Origin: Gemmatimonadota bacterium
GTDB lineage: Bacteria > Gemmatimonadota > Gemmatimonadetes > Gemmatimonadales > GWC2-71-9
DNA: 64,000 nucleotides
NCBI GenBank assembly: GCA_039586365.1
Contig: JBDHKN010000012.1
Location: 1-64,000, forward strand
Reading direction: 5' to 3'
Shown: positions 9,322 through 17,873 of the stretch, one piece after another
Layout of the letters: the number at the start of each line of letters is the position of its first letter
Numbering within the stretch: the first letter of the stretch is position 1
Made by a program: the position numbers and the translations under genes
Notes under the pieces: model-generated
The model's input: the letters and a program-made list of their open reading frames with translations, nothing else
Told to the model about the DNA's origin: nothing
The model's database searches: none

Positions 9322-10455
9322 TCAATCCCTACCACCTGAGTCATAGCCGTCGGACAGTGTGCGCATGAAAGCTACGATGTCCTCCATTTCCCGTGGCGTG
9401 AGACCCAGGTTACCTAGCTCGTCGTGGTTCACGTTGGCAGCTACCTCGGGTGGCGGCCACGGAGCAACCTCTCGCGTACTGTAAAACGCCACAACCTGAT
9501 AGAGAGTCTTGAAGACGCCGTTGTGCATGTAGGGTGGCGTCAGCGCGACGTTGCGAAGCGTGGGAACCCTGAACTTGCCGTTTTGCTTGGGATCATCCAC
9601 GACCTTGCCCAGCCCGAGATCGACATAGGCGGTTCCATCCGGGTTGAATTCCGGCGGCAGGAAGTAGAACGGGTTTTCTGGGTTCTTCGGCGTACCCAGG
9701 TTGTCGTAGGTCTGGTCGGTGAAGAGTGGAGGGGATCCGTCGGGTCCGGGTCGGCTGGGGTGGCATGCCGCACAGTTGCCCTTTGCCTCGTCCTCGAACA
9801 GCGCCAGCCCGCGCAGCTCTTGCTCGGTAAGCTCGGCTTCAGCCGCCAGATATCCGTCGTACTTGGAATCGAACGGGTTGACCTCGCTGGTCTTCTCGTA
9901 CGCCGCAATTGCTTCGGCCATGTGAGCGAAGGCTCGGTCCGCATTGTCCAGAGCGTCTGCGCCATACACGGCTAGAAACAGGTTGCGGTATTCAGAGACG
10001 CGTAACGCCTCTGCAATGGCCTGGACATCTTGATTCGCCATCTCGAGAGGATTGAGCGGCGGACCCTTCGCCTGCTCGGCGAGAGTAGCTGCACGGCCGT
10101 CCCAGAACAGTCCTCCCACCCAGAGTCCCTCTTCGTCGTCGAACTTGAGCGGAGGGATGAAAGCCGCATACGCAGCCGTAAGGTCGTTACGATTGCCGAA
10201 CCGGTCGGGGTGCGCACCGCGCGAGACAGGTAACTGCTGGTTGGGGTCGCCAAAGCCTGTGGACGGCGAGTGACAGTCCGAGCACGCCTGCCCTGGTGGT
10301 GTCGAGAGATCACGATCGAAGAAGAGCAGCTTACCAAGCCGTTCCTGTGGCGTGAGCTCAGGCTGTTGATTGGTGGTCTGCCCGGACTGAGGAGCATCGC
10401 AGCCGCCGATCAGCAGGGCCGCGACGATCGAGATCGGTACATGTCTGGCTGTCAT
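9322..10455 (-). CDS. Diheme cytochrome c peroxidase / MauG superfamily lipoprotein
   Basis: ATG 10455, signal ending LIGGC; CSDCH and CAACH; FWDGRA, NPLEM, FRVPTLRNVALTPPYMHNG. Confidence 0.9.
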   Translation of the reverse strand: MTARHVPISIVAALLIGGCDAPQSGQTTNQQPELTPQERLGKLLFFDRDLSTPPGQACSDCHSPSTGFGDPNQQLPVSRGAHPDRFGNRNDLTAAYAAFIPPLKFDDEEGLWVGGLFWDGRAATLAEQAKGPPLNPLEMANQDVQAIAEALRVSEYRNLFLAVYGADALDNADRAFAHMAEAIAAYEKTSEVNPFDSKYDGYLAAEAELTEQELRGLALFEDEAKGNCAACHPSRPGPDGSPPLFTDQTYDNLGTPKNPENPFYFLPPEFNPDGTAYVDLGLGKVVDDPKQNGKFRVPTLRNVALTPPYMHNGVFKTLYQVVAFYSTREVAPWPPPEVAANVNHDELGNLGLTPREMEDIVAFMRTLSDGYDSGGRD

Positions 10456-10603
10456 GATGGTTCTCGCGCGTGGACATGAGGTGCGGTTTCTGTAAGCTGC
10501 AGGTGCAGAGCCGCTCTTGCAAGAGGAAGTGGCGTATTCCCACCAGCACATTCCGCAGTATCTGCCGGAAGTGCAAGAATCCGCACGCGTGCTGAGCCTC
10601 CTA

Positions 10604-10635
10604 TTGACGTTCGTTTGACGCCAAGCCCGCAAGTT
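10604..10635 (+). promoter_or_regulatory. 11-bp-period direct repeat plus putative -10 (copy 1)
   Basis: TTGACGT-TCGT-TTGACGC-N8-CAAGTT; near-identical motif at 15861. Confidence 0.65.
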
Positions 10636-10662
10636 GTTGCCTGTCCTAACCCGGGGTGATAC

Positions 10663-13284
10663 ATGCAGGCCTTTGTCGTGCCGCTGGCCGCCAAACAAAG
10701 CCTGTCCGTGAGGGAGGTTGGCTGTAAGGCAGCTAGACTCGCCGACATGCTGCGACTCGGTTTGCGGGTTCCGGAGGGATGCGTTATCAAGGCCGCTGCC
10801 TTCGACCAGTTCTGCGCCGCGAATGCAATCGGTGGCATGGACGTACCAACGGGACGGCTGGCAGCCTGCATCAGGGCTGGTTCCGTGCCCGCCGCGTTGC
10901 TCGATGAGTTGGCCCAATGTCTTGATTCACTTGCCTGCGATGCATTCGCGGTCCGTTCATCTGCAGTAGCGGAAGACGGCAAGACATTCTCAATGGCTGG
11001 GCAGTTTGACACCTACTTGAATGTTGCCAAAGAGGATGTACCCGAGAAAGTGAAGGCCTGCTGGGCCGGGATGTTTGGTGAGAACGTCACGGCCTACGCA
11101 ATGAAAAAGCGAGTTCAGAACGCAAATCGGATGGGCGTCATCATACAGCGACAGATAACTGCCAGATACGCCGGGGTCCTATTCACCTTGGACCCGGTAA
11201 CAAGATCTGCCGATCATTTTGTGGTTGAGTGGGTCGAGGGGCTAGGAGAACAACTCGTTTCGGGAGCTGTGACGCCCGAGCGGATTTACTTGAATCGACG
11301 CAGTCCGCTAGTTCCGAAGAACCTACCAGAGGAATTGAGGGACAGCCTGGAACGGCTTGTGGCGCATTGTGTCCTGCTGGAACGACACTGCAATTATCCA
11401 CTAGACGTCGAATGGGCTTCCGATGCATCGGGGTTGTTCCTGCTCCAGGCACGTCCCATCACAGCAGTGACCACGACAGAAGCCGTAGCCTGGACCAACG
11501 TAAACATGTGTGAGAACTTCCCCAACCCATTGACTCCGTTTGCCTGGTCCATTGTGGATGAGTTTTACAGGTGCTACATGTACAATCTCACGCACATGCT
11601 CGGCATCAACGATCCGGATTTGCGGAGGCAGTGTAGTGGCATCAACAAGTTGACGGGAGTACAAGGTGGCCGAGTCTACTACAACATCAAAAGCTGGTAC
11701 GAGTTGGTGAGCACCTATGTCCCATCTCTGAGCCTGACGTTCAGGAGATACTTGGATCACTACATCGGTCAGCGGGTGCCGGTTGACTTGGATCAGGACC
11801 ACGGTGATGTGATAGGAAGGAAGCATACCGCAGGTCCAATACGGCAGGTTTCATTTTGGTCACGTCTTGTTTTCTACTTGAGTTGCGCCCGGCATTGCCT
11901 GAACCGCTTCGAGCGAATGTTCCTCCGCTTTCGGAGAGACTTGAGACAGCCTCCGTACGAAGCACTCTCAGCAACCGCATTGATGAACAAGCTGGATGCT
12001 CTGTTCGAGGACTTCGCTGCACGCTACTGGTACCATCAGTGCATTGCTGACCTTTCAGTACTCCTATTTCCGGGCATGCTTGAAAGTCTCGTCACGCGCT
12101 GGGTCCCCAAGACGGTTGGCGTCCCCGATCAAGTGTCTGCACAACTTCTGCAGCACATAGGTATCAAGAGCACACATTCAGCAGAGATGATTTGGCAGAT
12201 GGCCCTGGCGATTGGCGAGCAGAAGGTGCTACAGGGATTGCTTGAAAGCAGTCGCTATGCGGAACTCGAGAATGCACTACCCGCACGCTTGGAAGAACTG
12301 CTCAAAGAGTTCATGGAACGGTATGGGAGCCGTTGTTATTACGAAAGCATGATCGTCTCGCCCACGTTCGAGGAGAGGCACGACCTGTTCTGGGAGTTGG
12401 TGAAACAATACCAGTGTGCGGAACAACCTAGGGACGCCGACAGCGTTGACACTAGAGACAGTTTTGTGAACAGTGAGAAACGGGTTCTCCGCGAACTCCC
12501 GTTTGTCCGTAGACAAGTTCTCGCTCTCGCCCTGAGCCTTGCAAGACGGGCCATTGCGCTTCGTGAACAGGGACGCATGGTTCAGAGTCTGCTGTTTGGT
12601 GAGATACGGAAGCTTGTCCTGTGTTTGGGTCGGAAGCTGGTGGACCTCGGGCATCTGAGGACAGTTGACGACGTCTTCTACCTGCACCTATCGGAACTGC
12701 GAGATCTGTGTCGCGGCAAGTTCCTGATGCCCGAGACCATACCTCGGGTGATTGCTGTTCGGCGTGAGGCTGTAGTGGCCTGCGCTGAATTGGAGCCGCC
12801 GGAATTCTTCGTGCTGGATGAAGGGATGTATTTCAAGGGCCGGGTTCTGGCGAGCACCGCGTTGGATCAGACCAGACTGCAAGGTGTGAGCGCTTCTGCA
12901 GGGCAGGTGAAGGGGATGGCCAAAGTGATCCTCGATCCGGCGTCGGACGAGCGTCTCGAGCCCGGCGATATACTGGTGACCCGCTCGACGGATCCAGGGT
13001 GGACCCCGCTGTTCATGATCGCGGGTGGTCTAGTGCTGGAACGAGGTGGCATGCTGTCACATGCAGCGATTGTGGCACGCGAATTCGGGATCCCAGCGGT
13101 GGTAGGGGTAGAGGGTGCTACCAAACGGATTCTTGGAGGCGAGTACCTGAGCGTCGATGGGGACAGAGGTGAAGTGGTAATCCTTGATAGGGAGAACAAT
13201 ACGAGCAAGGACGTCGGCGGCCTGTGCAGAACGAGCGATTGGGAGGATTGCGGTGACGACACGCGAAATCGTAAGAGCGCTTAG
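10663..13284 (+). CDS. PEP-synthase / rifampicin-phosphotransferase-like dikinase (ATP-grasp, central substrate domain, C-terminal phospho-His swivel domain)
   Basis: VGCKAARL, AVRSSAVAED...AGQFDTYLN, DVEWA..LLQARPIT, TDPGWTPLF, ERGGMLSHAAIVAREFGIPAVVG. Confidence 0.9.
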   Translation: MQAFVVPLAAKQSLSVREVGCKAARLADMLRLGLRVPEGCVIKAAAFDQFCAANAIGGMDVPTGRLAACIRAGSVPAALLDELAQCLDSLACDAFAVRSSAVAEDGKTFSMAGQFDTYLNVAKEDVPEKVKACWAGMFGENVTAYAMKKRVQNANRMGVIIQRQITARYAGVLFTLDPVTRSADHFVVEWVEGLGEQLVSGAVTPERIYLNRRSPLVPKNLPEELRDSLERLVAHCVLLERHCNYPLDVEWASDASGLFLLQARPITAVTTTEAVAWTNVNMCENFPNPLTPFAWSIVDEFYRCYMYNLTHMLGINDPDLRRQCSGINKLTGVQGGRVYYNIKSWYELVSTYVPSLSLTFRRYLDHYIGQRVPVDLDQDHGDVIGRKHTAGPIRQVSFWSRLVFYLSCARHCLNRFERMFLRFRRDLRQPPYEALSATALMNKLDALFEDFAARYWYHQCIADLSVLLFPGMLESLVTRWVPKTVGVPDQVSAQLLQHIGIKSTHSAEMIWQMALAIGEQKVLQGLLESSRYAELENALPARLEELLKEFMERYGSRCYYESMIVSPTFEERHDLFWELVKQYQCAEQPRDADSVDTRDSFVNSEKRVLRELPFVRRQVLALALSLARRAIALREQGRMVQSLLFGEIRKLVLCLGRKLVDLGHLRTVDDVFYLHLSELRDLCRGKFLMPETIPRVIAVRREAVVACAELEPPEFFVLDEGMYFKGRVLASTALDQTRLQGVSASAGQVKGMAKVILDPASDERLEPGDILVTRSTDPGWTPLFMIAGGLVLERGGMLSHAAIVAREFGIPAVVGVEGATKRILGGEYLSVDGDRGEVVILDRENNTSKDVGGLCRTSDWEDCGDDTRNRKSA

Positions 13285-14128
13285 GGTCTTCGCTCGCGAA
13301 CGTTGCCCAATCGGAGTAGCTCTTCCCGTGTCGTTCTGTCTTTGTGTTGGGCCCTATGCGATTGCGGGCGGAAGCTGGACAACTCTCATGAGGGCAGTGG
13401 CTGCGACCTTTCTCTTTCTCTTTGTCCTCCGCATTGTTGACGACGTCATTTCCATTAGCGAAGACAAAGCCGAACACCCAGGGCGGGCACTGCCGTCCGG
13501 CAGAGTGCCTATTCCAGCCCTGGGGAGTGGGGCTGCGCTGCTGTTTGCCCTCGCCTTGCTGGTGAGCTACAGCTGGTTGAGCTTGTTCCTGATCCTTCAA
13601 GCTCTCTACTATGTCGGCTATTTCTGCTGCGTGAAGCGGATTCCTGTTGCCATTAGACCCTTATTGCTGAATCTGGTGTTCCTCGCAGTTCCATCCTACA
13701 TAAGCTTGATAGAGGGCAGTCGCAGTCAGCCGTGGCCTTTCTCTTTGGGGCTCTTCTTCTGGCTATCGGTAGTCGGTCACGATTATGCACACAATGTCAA
13801 GGCCTCCAGCGAGTTGTCTCTCGCGGTTACCGCGGCACGAGTCCTAGGTGCGCGCGGAGCAGCTCTAGTTGGCCTCGTGTTCTACAGTGGTGCCTTCACG
13901 GTAGGAGTGTTGTCTGTCCTTCCGCGCGAAGTCCTTCAGAGGTCTTCTTTCTTCCTTCTCGGTCTGGCTCTGTTGTTCGTACGTGTGATGTTCTTGTTGA
14001 TCAAGTTGGTGGCTCAACCATGCAGGGCACGAGCAAGGCGCCTCTACGTCAGCGGTTATGCCTTCTTTCTAATACCCAGTCTACTGTTGGGGCTTGACCG
14101 CCTGTTCATTACGGGAGGTCTAGAGTAG
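13253..14128 (+). CDS. UbiA-superfamily intramembrane prenyltransferase-like protein
   Basis: GTG at 13253 after GGAGG, overlapping the dikinase stop; multiple TM segments; LRIVDDVISISEDKAEHPGRALPSGRV. Confidence 0.75.
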   Translation: MTTREIVRALRVFARERCPIGVALPVSFCLCVGPYAIAGGSWTTLMRAVAATFLFLFVLRIVDDVISISEDKAEHPGRALPSGRVPIPALGSGAALLFALALLVSYSWLSLFLILQALYYVGYFCCVKRIPVAIRPLLLNLVFLAVPSYISLIEGSRSQPWPFSLGLFFWLSVVGHDYAHNVKASSELSLAVTAARVLGARGAALVGLVFYSGAFTVGVLSVLPREVLQRSSFFLLGLALLFVRVMFLLIKLVAQPCRARARRLYVSGYAFFLIPSLLLGLDRLFITGGLE

Positions 14129-14749
14129 CGACCGGTTGACGAAGAACCGCCAGGTCCAGTAGACGCTCAACGCCAAGGCGAGCAAAGGGAACAGTAGGTA
14201 AAAGACGCCCCGCGGTTTGCGGATCGGAACATCGATTACAAATAGTACGGCCAACAAAGCAAAAGCAGCTTCGAGTAGCAGTTGGAAGGCCGACAATGGC
14301 CAGAAGTCCTTGGCGATGAAGAGAATGGGAAAGACCAGAGCCGTGTAGGTAACCGGCAGACCTCTGTGGTGGGTGGCCAGGTCTTGACCCTGTGCGCTCA
14401 TGGTGTTGAAATGAGCGAGTCTCACTACGCCGCAGATGACGAAGAGCAGCATGAGGAGAAGGGCAGTCGGTGAGCGTAGGCCAAACCTCAACCCAATGAC
14501 GAACGGTGTGACAACGAAAGCAACAACGTCAACGACCGTGTCGAGTTGTACGCCGAACTCCTTCTGGTAGGCACTCCGCTGCTGCCTGCGTGCAAGGGGG
14601 CCGTCAAAGAGATCCGCCAAACCAGCCATGATCCAGGACACCAGAGCCAACTCAATCAAGCCTTCCACTGACAGGACGCACGCCCCAATGGCGGCCACCA
14701 GTCCGAACAATGTGACCAGGCATGCGAGGTCATAGGCACCCAGTATCAT
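14120..14749 (-). CDS. pssA: CDP-alcohol phosphatidyltransferase, phosphatidylserine-synthase type
   Basis: ADLFDGPLAR...FGVQLDTVVD signature, RLAHFN, GLPVT; overlaps the psd stop. Confidence 0.85.
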   Translation of the reverse strand: MILGAYDLACLVTLFGLVAAIGACVLSVEGLIELALVSWIMAGLADLFDGPLARRQQRSAYQKEFGVQLDTVVDVVAFVVTPFVIGLRFGLRSPTALLLMLLFVICGVVRLAHFNTMSAQGQDLATHHRGLPVTYTALVFPILFIAKDFWPLSAFQLLLEAAFALLAVLFVIDVPIRKPRGVFYLLFPLLALALSVYWTWRFFVNRSLL

Positions 14750-15735
14750 GTGCCGCTATTCGCCTGTGCATTCGTACCTCGTAGCGACAAGGCGCTGCCT
14801 ATCGAAGTACCCATCTTCACGAAAGTCTCGACTCCGGTCGCGCTGGCGCTGACTAGGTCCTCGTCCAGGTCCAACCGGTCGGCGGTGACCAGTGCGACCA
14901 CGGTCGAGCCCCCGAAGCGGAAATACCCCTTTTCTTGTCCTCTTCTCACGGGTCCTGGCAGATATGTCTGGATGATACTGCCGACAGCAAAGGCGCCTAT
15001 CTCGACGAGAGTCACCCGCCCAAAATTGTCGCTCTCCAGTTCAGTGACGTGCCTCAGATTGCGAAAGCAGGGCGCCCGACCCAATAGCGCAATGGGATGG
15101 ACAGAATGCAGCCGACCGCGTACCTGGCGGGCCTCTGAGGCTTGCCCTGAATCTGGAAAGTGAAATCTATGGTAATCACAGGGCGCTAGACGAACGACGA
15201 TGGCAACTCCTTCTCGGTAGTGCTCTGCCTCGCTGGAATTCCCCAACAGCTCGCCCAAGTGAACCTGATTGTCTTTGATCGTGAACTTGGCCTCGCTGAT
15301 CTTCGGAAATACCAGCGTTCTACCGTCCGCCGGCATTACAAAGCGGGAGGGTGTTGCATCTATGGGGCGCGCTTCGGGTCTCAAACGCCGGCAGAAGAAA
15401 TCATCCAGGGAACGATACCGGTCAACCGGATTCTCAGCTTCTGCAGCATCGATGGCCAGGCTCTCGATGAACTTGGGGATCTTAGTCCGACTGAACGGGA
15501 GCCGCTGTAGCCAACCGTAGCAGGCACTGCACGCTCTATGGGGGAGCATTCCCACCAACGTCCGTCCAAGCCTGGTCTGGTAGAATAGCTCGAGAACCGC
15601 GCGCCCATAGACCGGCTCCTCGCGAACTGAGCCGCTCTGTCGGTCGATATAGCGAACTGCGAGTGCCACCCGGTTGTGAGACTCCTCCAATGATTCCAAC
15701 CCGCTCTGGCGCCGATCCGGTTGGTCAACGGGCAC
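14746..15735 (-). CDS. psd: Phosphatidylserine decarboxylase proenzyme
   Basis: FFCRRLRPEARP, PADG, RLAPCDYHRFH, EKGYFRFGGST cleavage motif. Confidence 0.92.
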   Translation of the reverse strand: MPVDQPDRRQSGLESLEESHNRVALAVRYIDRQSGSVREEPVYGRAVLELFYQTRLGRTLVGMLPHRACSACYGWLQRLPFSRTKIPKFIESLAIDAAEAENPVDRYRSLDDFFCRRLRPEARPIDATPSRFVMPADGRTLVFPKISEAKFTIKDNQVHLGELLGNSSEAEHYREGVAIVVRLAPCDYHRFHFPDSGQASEARQVRGRLHSVHPIALLGRAPCFRNLRHVTELESDNFGRVTLVEIGAFAVGSIIQTYLPGPVRRGQEKGYFRFGGSTVVALVTADRLDLDEDLVSASATGVETFVKMGTSIGSALSLRGTNAQANSGT

Positions 15736-15860
15736 GACTTGGCGCCAGTGTCACTTCCGGAAAGCACAACAGTAGGGGTGCAGAACACCGAATACAAGTT
15801 AGAAGAGCGGCCGTTCGTTCGCATCCGCAAGGGCCATCTCCCCAGCCTGCGTCCCTACCG

Positions 15861-15892
15861 TTGACGCCTGTTTGACGCCCCGCGACGAGGTT
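15861..15892 (+). promoter_or_regulatory. 11-bp-period direct repeat plus putative -10 (copy 2)
   Basis: TTGACGC-CTGT-TTGACGC-N8-GAGGTT; 16 of the first 19 nt match copy 1 at 10604. Confidence 0.65.
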
Positions 15893-15918
15893 TCCGCTAA
15901 GGCCAGAGGGAGCGACGG

Positions 15919-16917
15919 ATGGAGTCTTGCCAGGTCACGCAACATCGTCAGGTTGAGCCGCTCAGCGGCAGTTGCGTTCTGCTAGCGAACCCCCTCGCAC
16001 GGGGTGTGGAACGGCGGGCCGTCGCTCGCGTGGCTCGCCTACTAGGGCTGGAGGGACGAGCCGTACGTGAAGTTGGGCGAGAAGGGACCGCCAGGTCGCT
16101 AACTGAGGAAGCAGTTCGCCATGGAATACCAATTGTTTTCGCAGCCGGCGGCGACGGGACCATCCACCAGGTGGTGCAGGTGTTAGCGGGAACGAGCTCC
16201 GTACTTGGCGTCGTACCACTGGGGACTTCGAATGATCTCGCCAAGCACATCGGCATTCCGCCTGGCGTCGCCGGCCTCGGCGCAGTCTTGGACCGGCCGC
16301 GGATCGCAAGACTGGATCTCATCAAGTTCGGTCGGGTTCGCATCGTGACGGTAGGTGGGTTTGGTCTCCCAGCACACGTTGCGGACTTCTGCAACCGACT
16401 CAAATCGCGGTCTGTGTTGGCACTCGCTGTGAGAACCCTGAGCAGCGGTGTCTACCCCATCGTGGCCGGCTCCCAAATACTCGGAGGCGGGGCGGAACCC
16501 TCAGCGTACACGTTTCACTTGAACCGCGGGCCAGCCGCCGCGGTACGTGCGTCGGCTGTGATCGTGGGCGTAGTCGCGCGGTTCGGCGGTGGACTACGGC
16601 TGGTTCCCAACGGCGAAATGAGGGCTGGGACGTTCGCCGCGCTGTTCGTCACGGCGACAACACGATGCGCTATGCTCAAGGCGCTCTGGCGGATCAAGAC
16701 TGGGCGTCAGATCGAAGGGCTCGCGACTTTGCACACTGGTCTCACTCACCTGACTGTTCGCACGAGAGGTCTTGTGGGCACTTTCGGCGATGGCGAGTGG
16801 TTGGGCCTCATGCATCGGACCGAGATCAGATTAGAGCCGCAGAGTCTTCATGTGCTCCTACCCGGTCACCAACACTCAGCGTACCCGGTGCTCGGGGCAA
16901 TCCGCGAGGCAGTGTGA
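15919..16917 (+). CDS. Diacylglycerol/lipid kinase family (DAGK_cat, YegS/DgkB-like)
   Basis: ANP, AAGGDGTIHQV, PLGTSNDLA, RFGGG, GDGE. Confidence 0.88.
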   Translation: MESCQVTQHRQVEPLSGSCVLLANPLARGVERRAVARVARLLGLEGRAVREVGREGTARSLTEEAVRHGIPIVFAAGGDGTIHQVVQVLAGTSSVLGVVPLGTSNDLAKHIGIPPGVAGLGAVLDRPRIARLDLIKFGRVRIVTVGGFGLPAHVADFCNRLKSRSVLALAVRTLSSGVYPIVAGSQILGGGAEPSAYTFHLNRGPAAAVRASAVIVGVVARFGGGLRLVPNGEMRAGTFAALFVTATTRCAMLKALWRIKTGRQIEGLATLHTGLTHLTVRTRGLVGTFGDGEWLGLMHRTEIRLEPQSLHVLLPGHQHSAYPVLGAIREAV

Positions 16918-17789
16918 TGTTTGGGCACGTACTCATCGTCGTGGCGGGGTTCTATGCTGCCGGCGGCCTGCTGGTTGCAGCTCAGCGGAGCGGAAGAGGT
17001 GCCGGCAATCATACGGGCTGGGGCAAGTATGCGACGTACGGACTCTTTCTCGCTACGATGCTCACGGTGGCCCAACTTGGACAGCTGGTGTATAGCGTCG
17101 CCGTGTTGATCCTTCTAGTTCTGTCGCTGCTGGAGTTCGGTAGGGCTGTGGGTCTCCTCCTTTGGTCACGCATCGGTCTCGTTGCGTTTGGACTAGCCCT
17201 CGCTGCCGGTGCGGCGTGGGGTGGAACTGCCGCCTTATACCCGCTCGCGGTTGCTTTTGCACTCGTGACACTGGCCGTCGGCGCGTTGGCGTCGGAGCCC
17301 CGCCCCGGTTTGTCCCATGGGATCTGGGCCGCCACAGGCATCGTGACTGTCGCCACTCCCGCGGTACATCTGCTCTTCATAGCGCAGGATGCCAACAGGT
17401 TTGCACTGTTCGCGTTTCTCTTCTTGGTAGTGTCGAGCAGTGATGCGTTCGCTGAAATGGTCGGGAAACGCTGGGGCATCGGCCGCGGACTTCTGCGTGC
17501 TAGTCCAGGAAAGTCGATCTCAGGTCTGCTGGCAGGGCTAGTGGCCGCACTGACCCTTGCCGCGGTGCTTCATGCGGCGATTGGGGTGTGGACGCCACCA
17601 AGGGCTGTAGCCATCGGTCTGCTGGTCTGGGTAGCTGCGACCCTGGGTGATCTGATTGCTTCGAGCCTCAAGCGAACGCTTGGCATCAAGGACTTCGGCA
17701 CAGCGTTACCCGGTCACGGCGGCATCCTGGATCGATTCGACAGCCTGATACTAGCTGCCTTGCCGTACTACTGGGTGATGGGAGGCTGA
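16917..17789 (+). CDS. Phosphatidate cytidylyltransferase family (CdsA-like)
   Basis: TGATG coupling to the kinase; SPGKSISG, GDLIASSLKRTLGIKDFGTALPGHGGILDRFDS. Confidence 0.9.
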   Translation: MFGHVLIVVAGFYAAGGLLVAAQRSGRGAGNHTGWGKYATYGLFLATMLTVAQLGQLVYSVAVLILLVLSLLEFGRAVGLLLWSRIGLVAFGLALAAGAAWGGTAALYPLAVAFALVTLAVGALASEPRPGLSHGIWAATGIVTVATPAVHLLFIAQDANRFALFAFLFLVVSSSDAFAEMVGKRWGIGRGLLRASPGKSISGLLAGLVAALTLAAVLHAAIGVWTPPRAVAIGLLVWVAATLGDLIASSLKRTLGIKDFGTALPGHGGILDRFDSLILAALPYYWVMGG

Positions 17790-17873
17790 CCAATGATGCG
17801 AACAGTGGCAAGCGCTTGGCGTATTCGGTGCCACTCAATTGGGTCTCAAGCAGGTTCTTCGAGGAGGTAACCG

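Noticed and set aside
10456..10917. Long N-terminal extension of the cytochrome c peroxidase in the ORF track
   Set aside because: It overlaps the divergent dikinase gene and promoter; the lipoprotein signal starts at ATG 10455.
10663..13284. Calling the dikinase ppsA or rifampicin-resistance rph
   Set aside because: No C-terminal PEP-binding barrel, and the lipid-gene context points to another substrate; only the architecture is shared with RPH.
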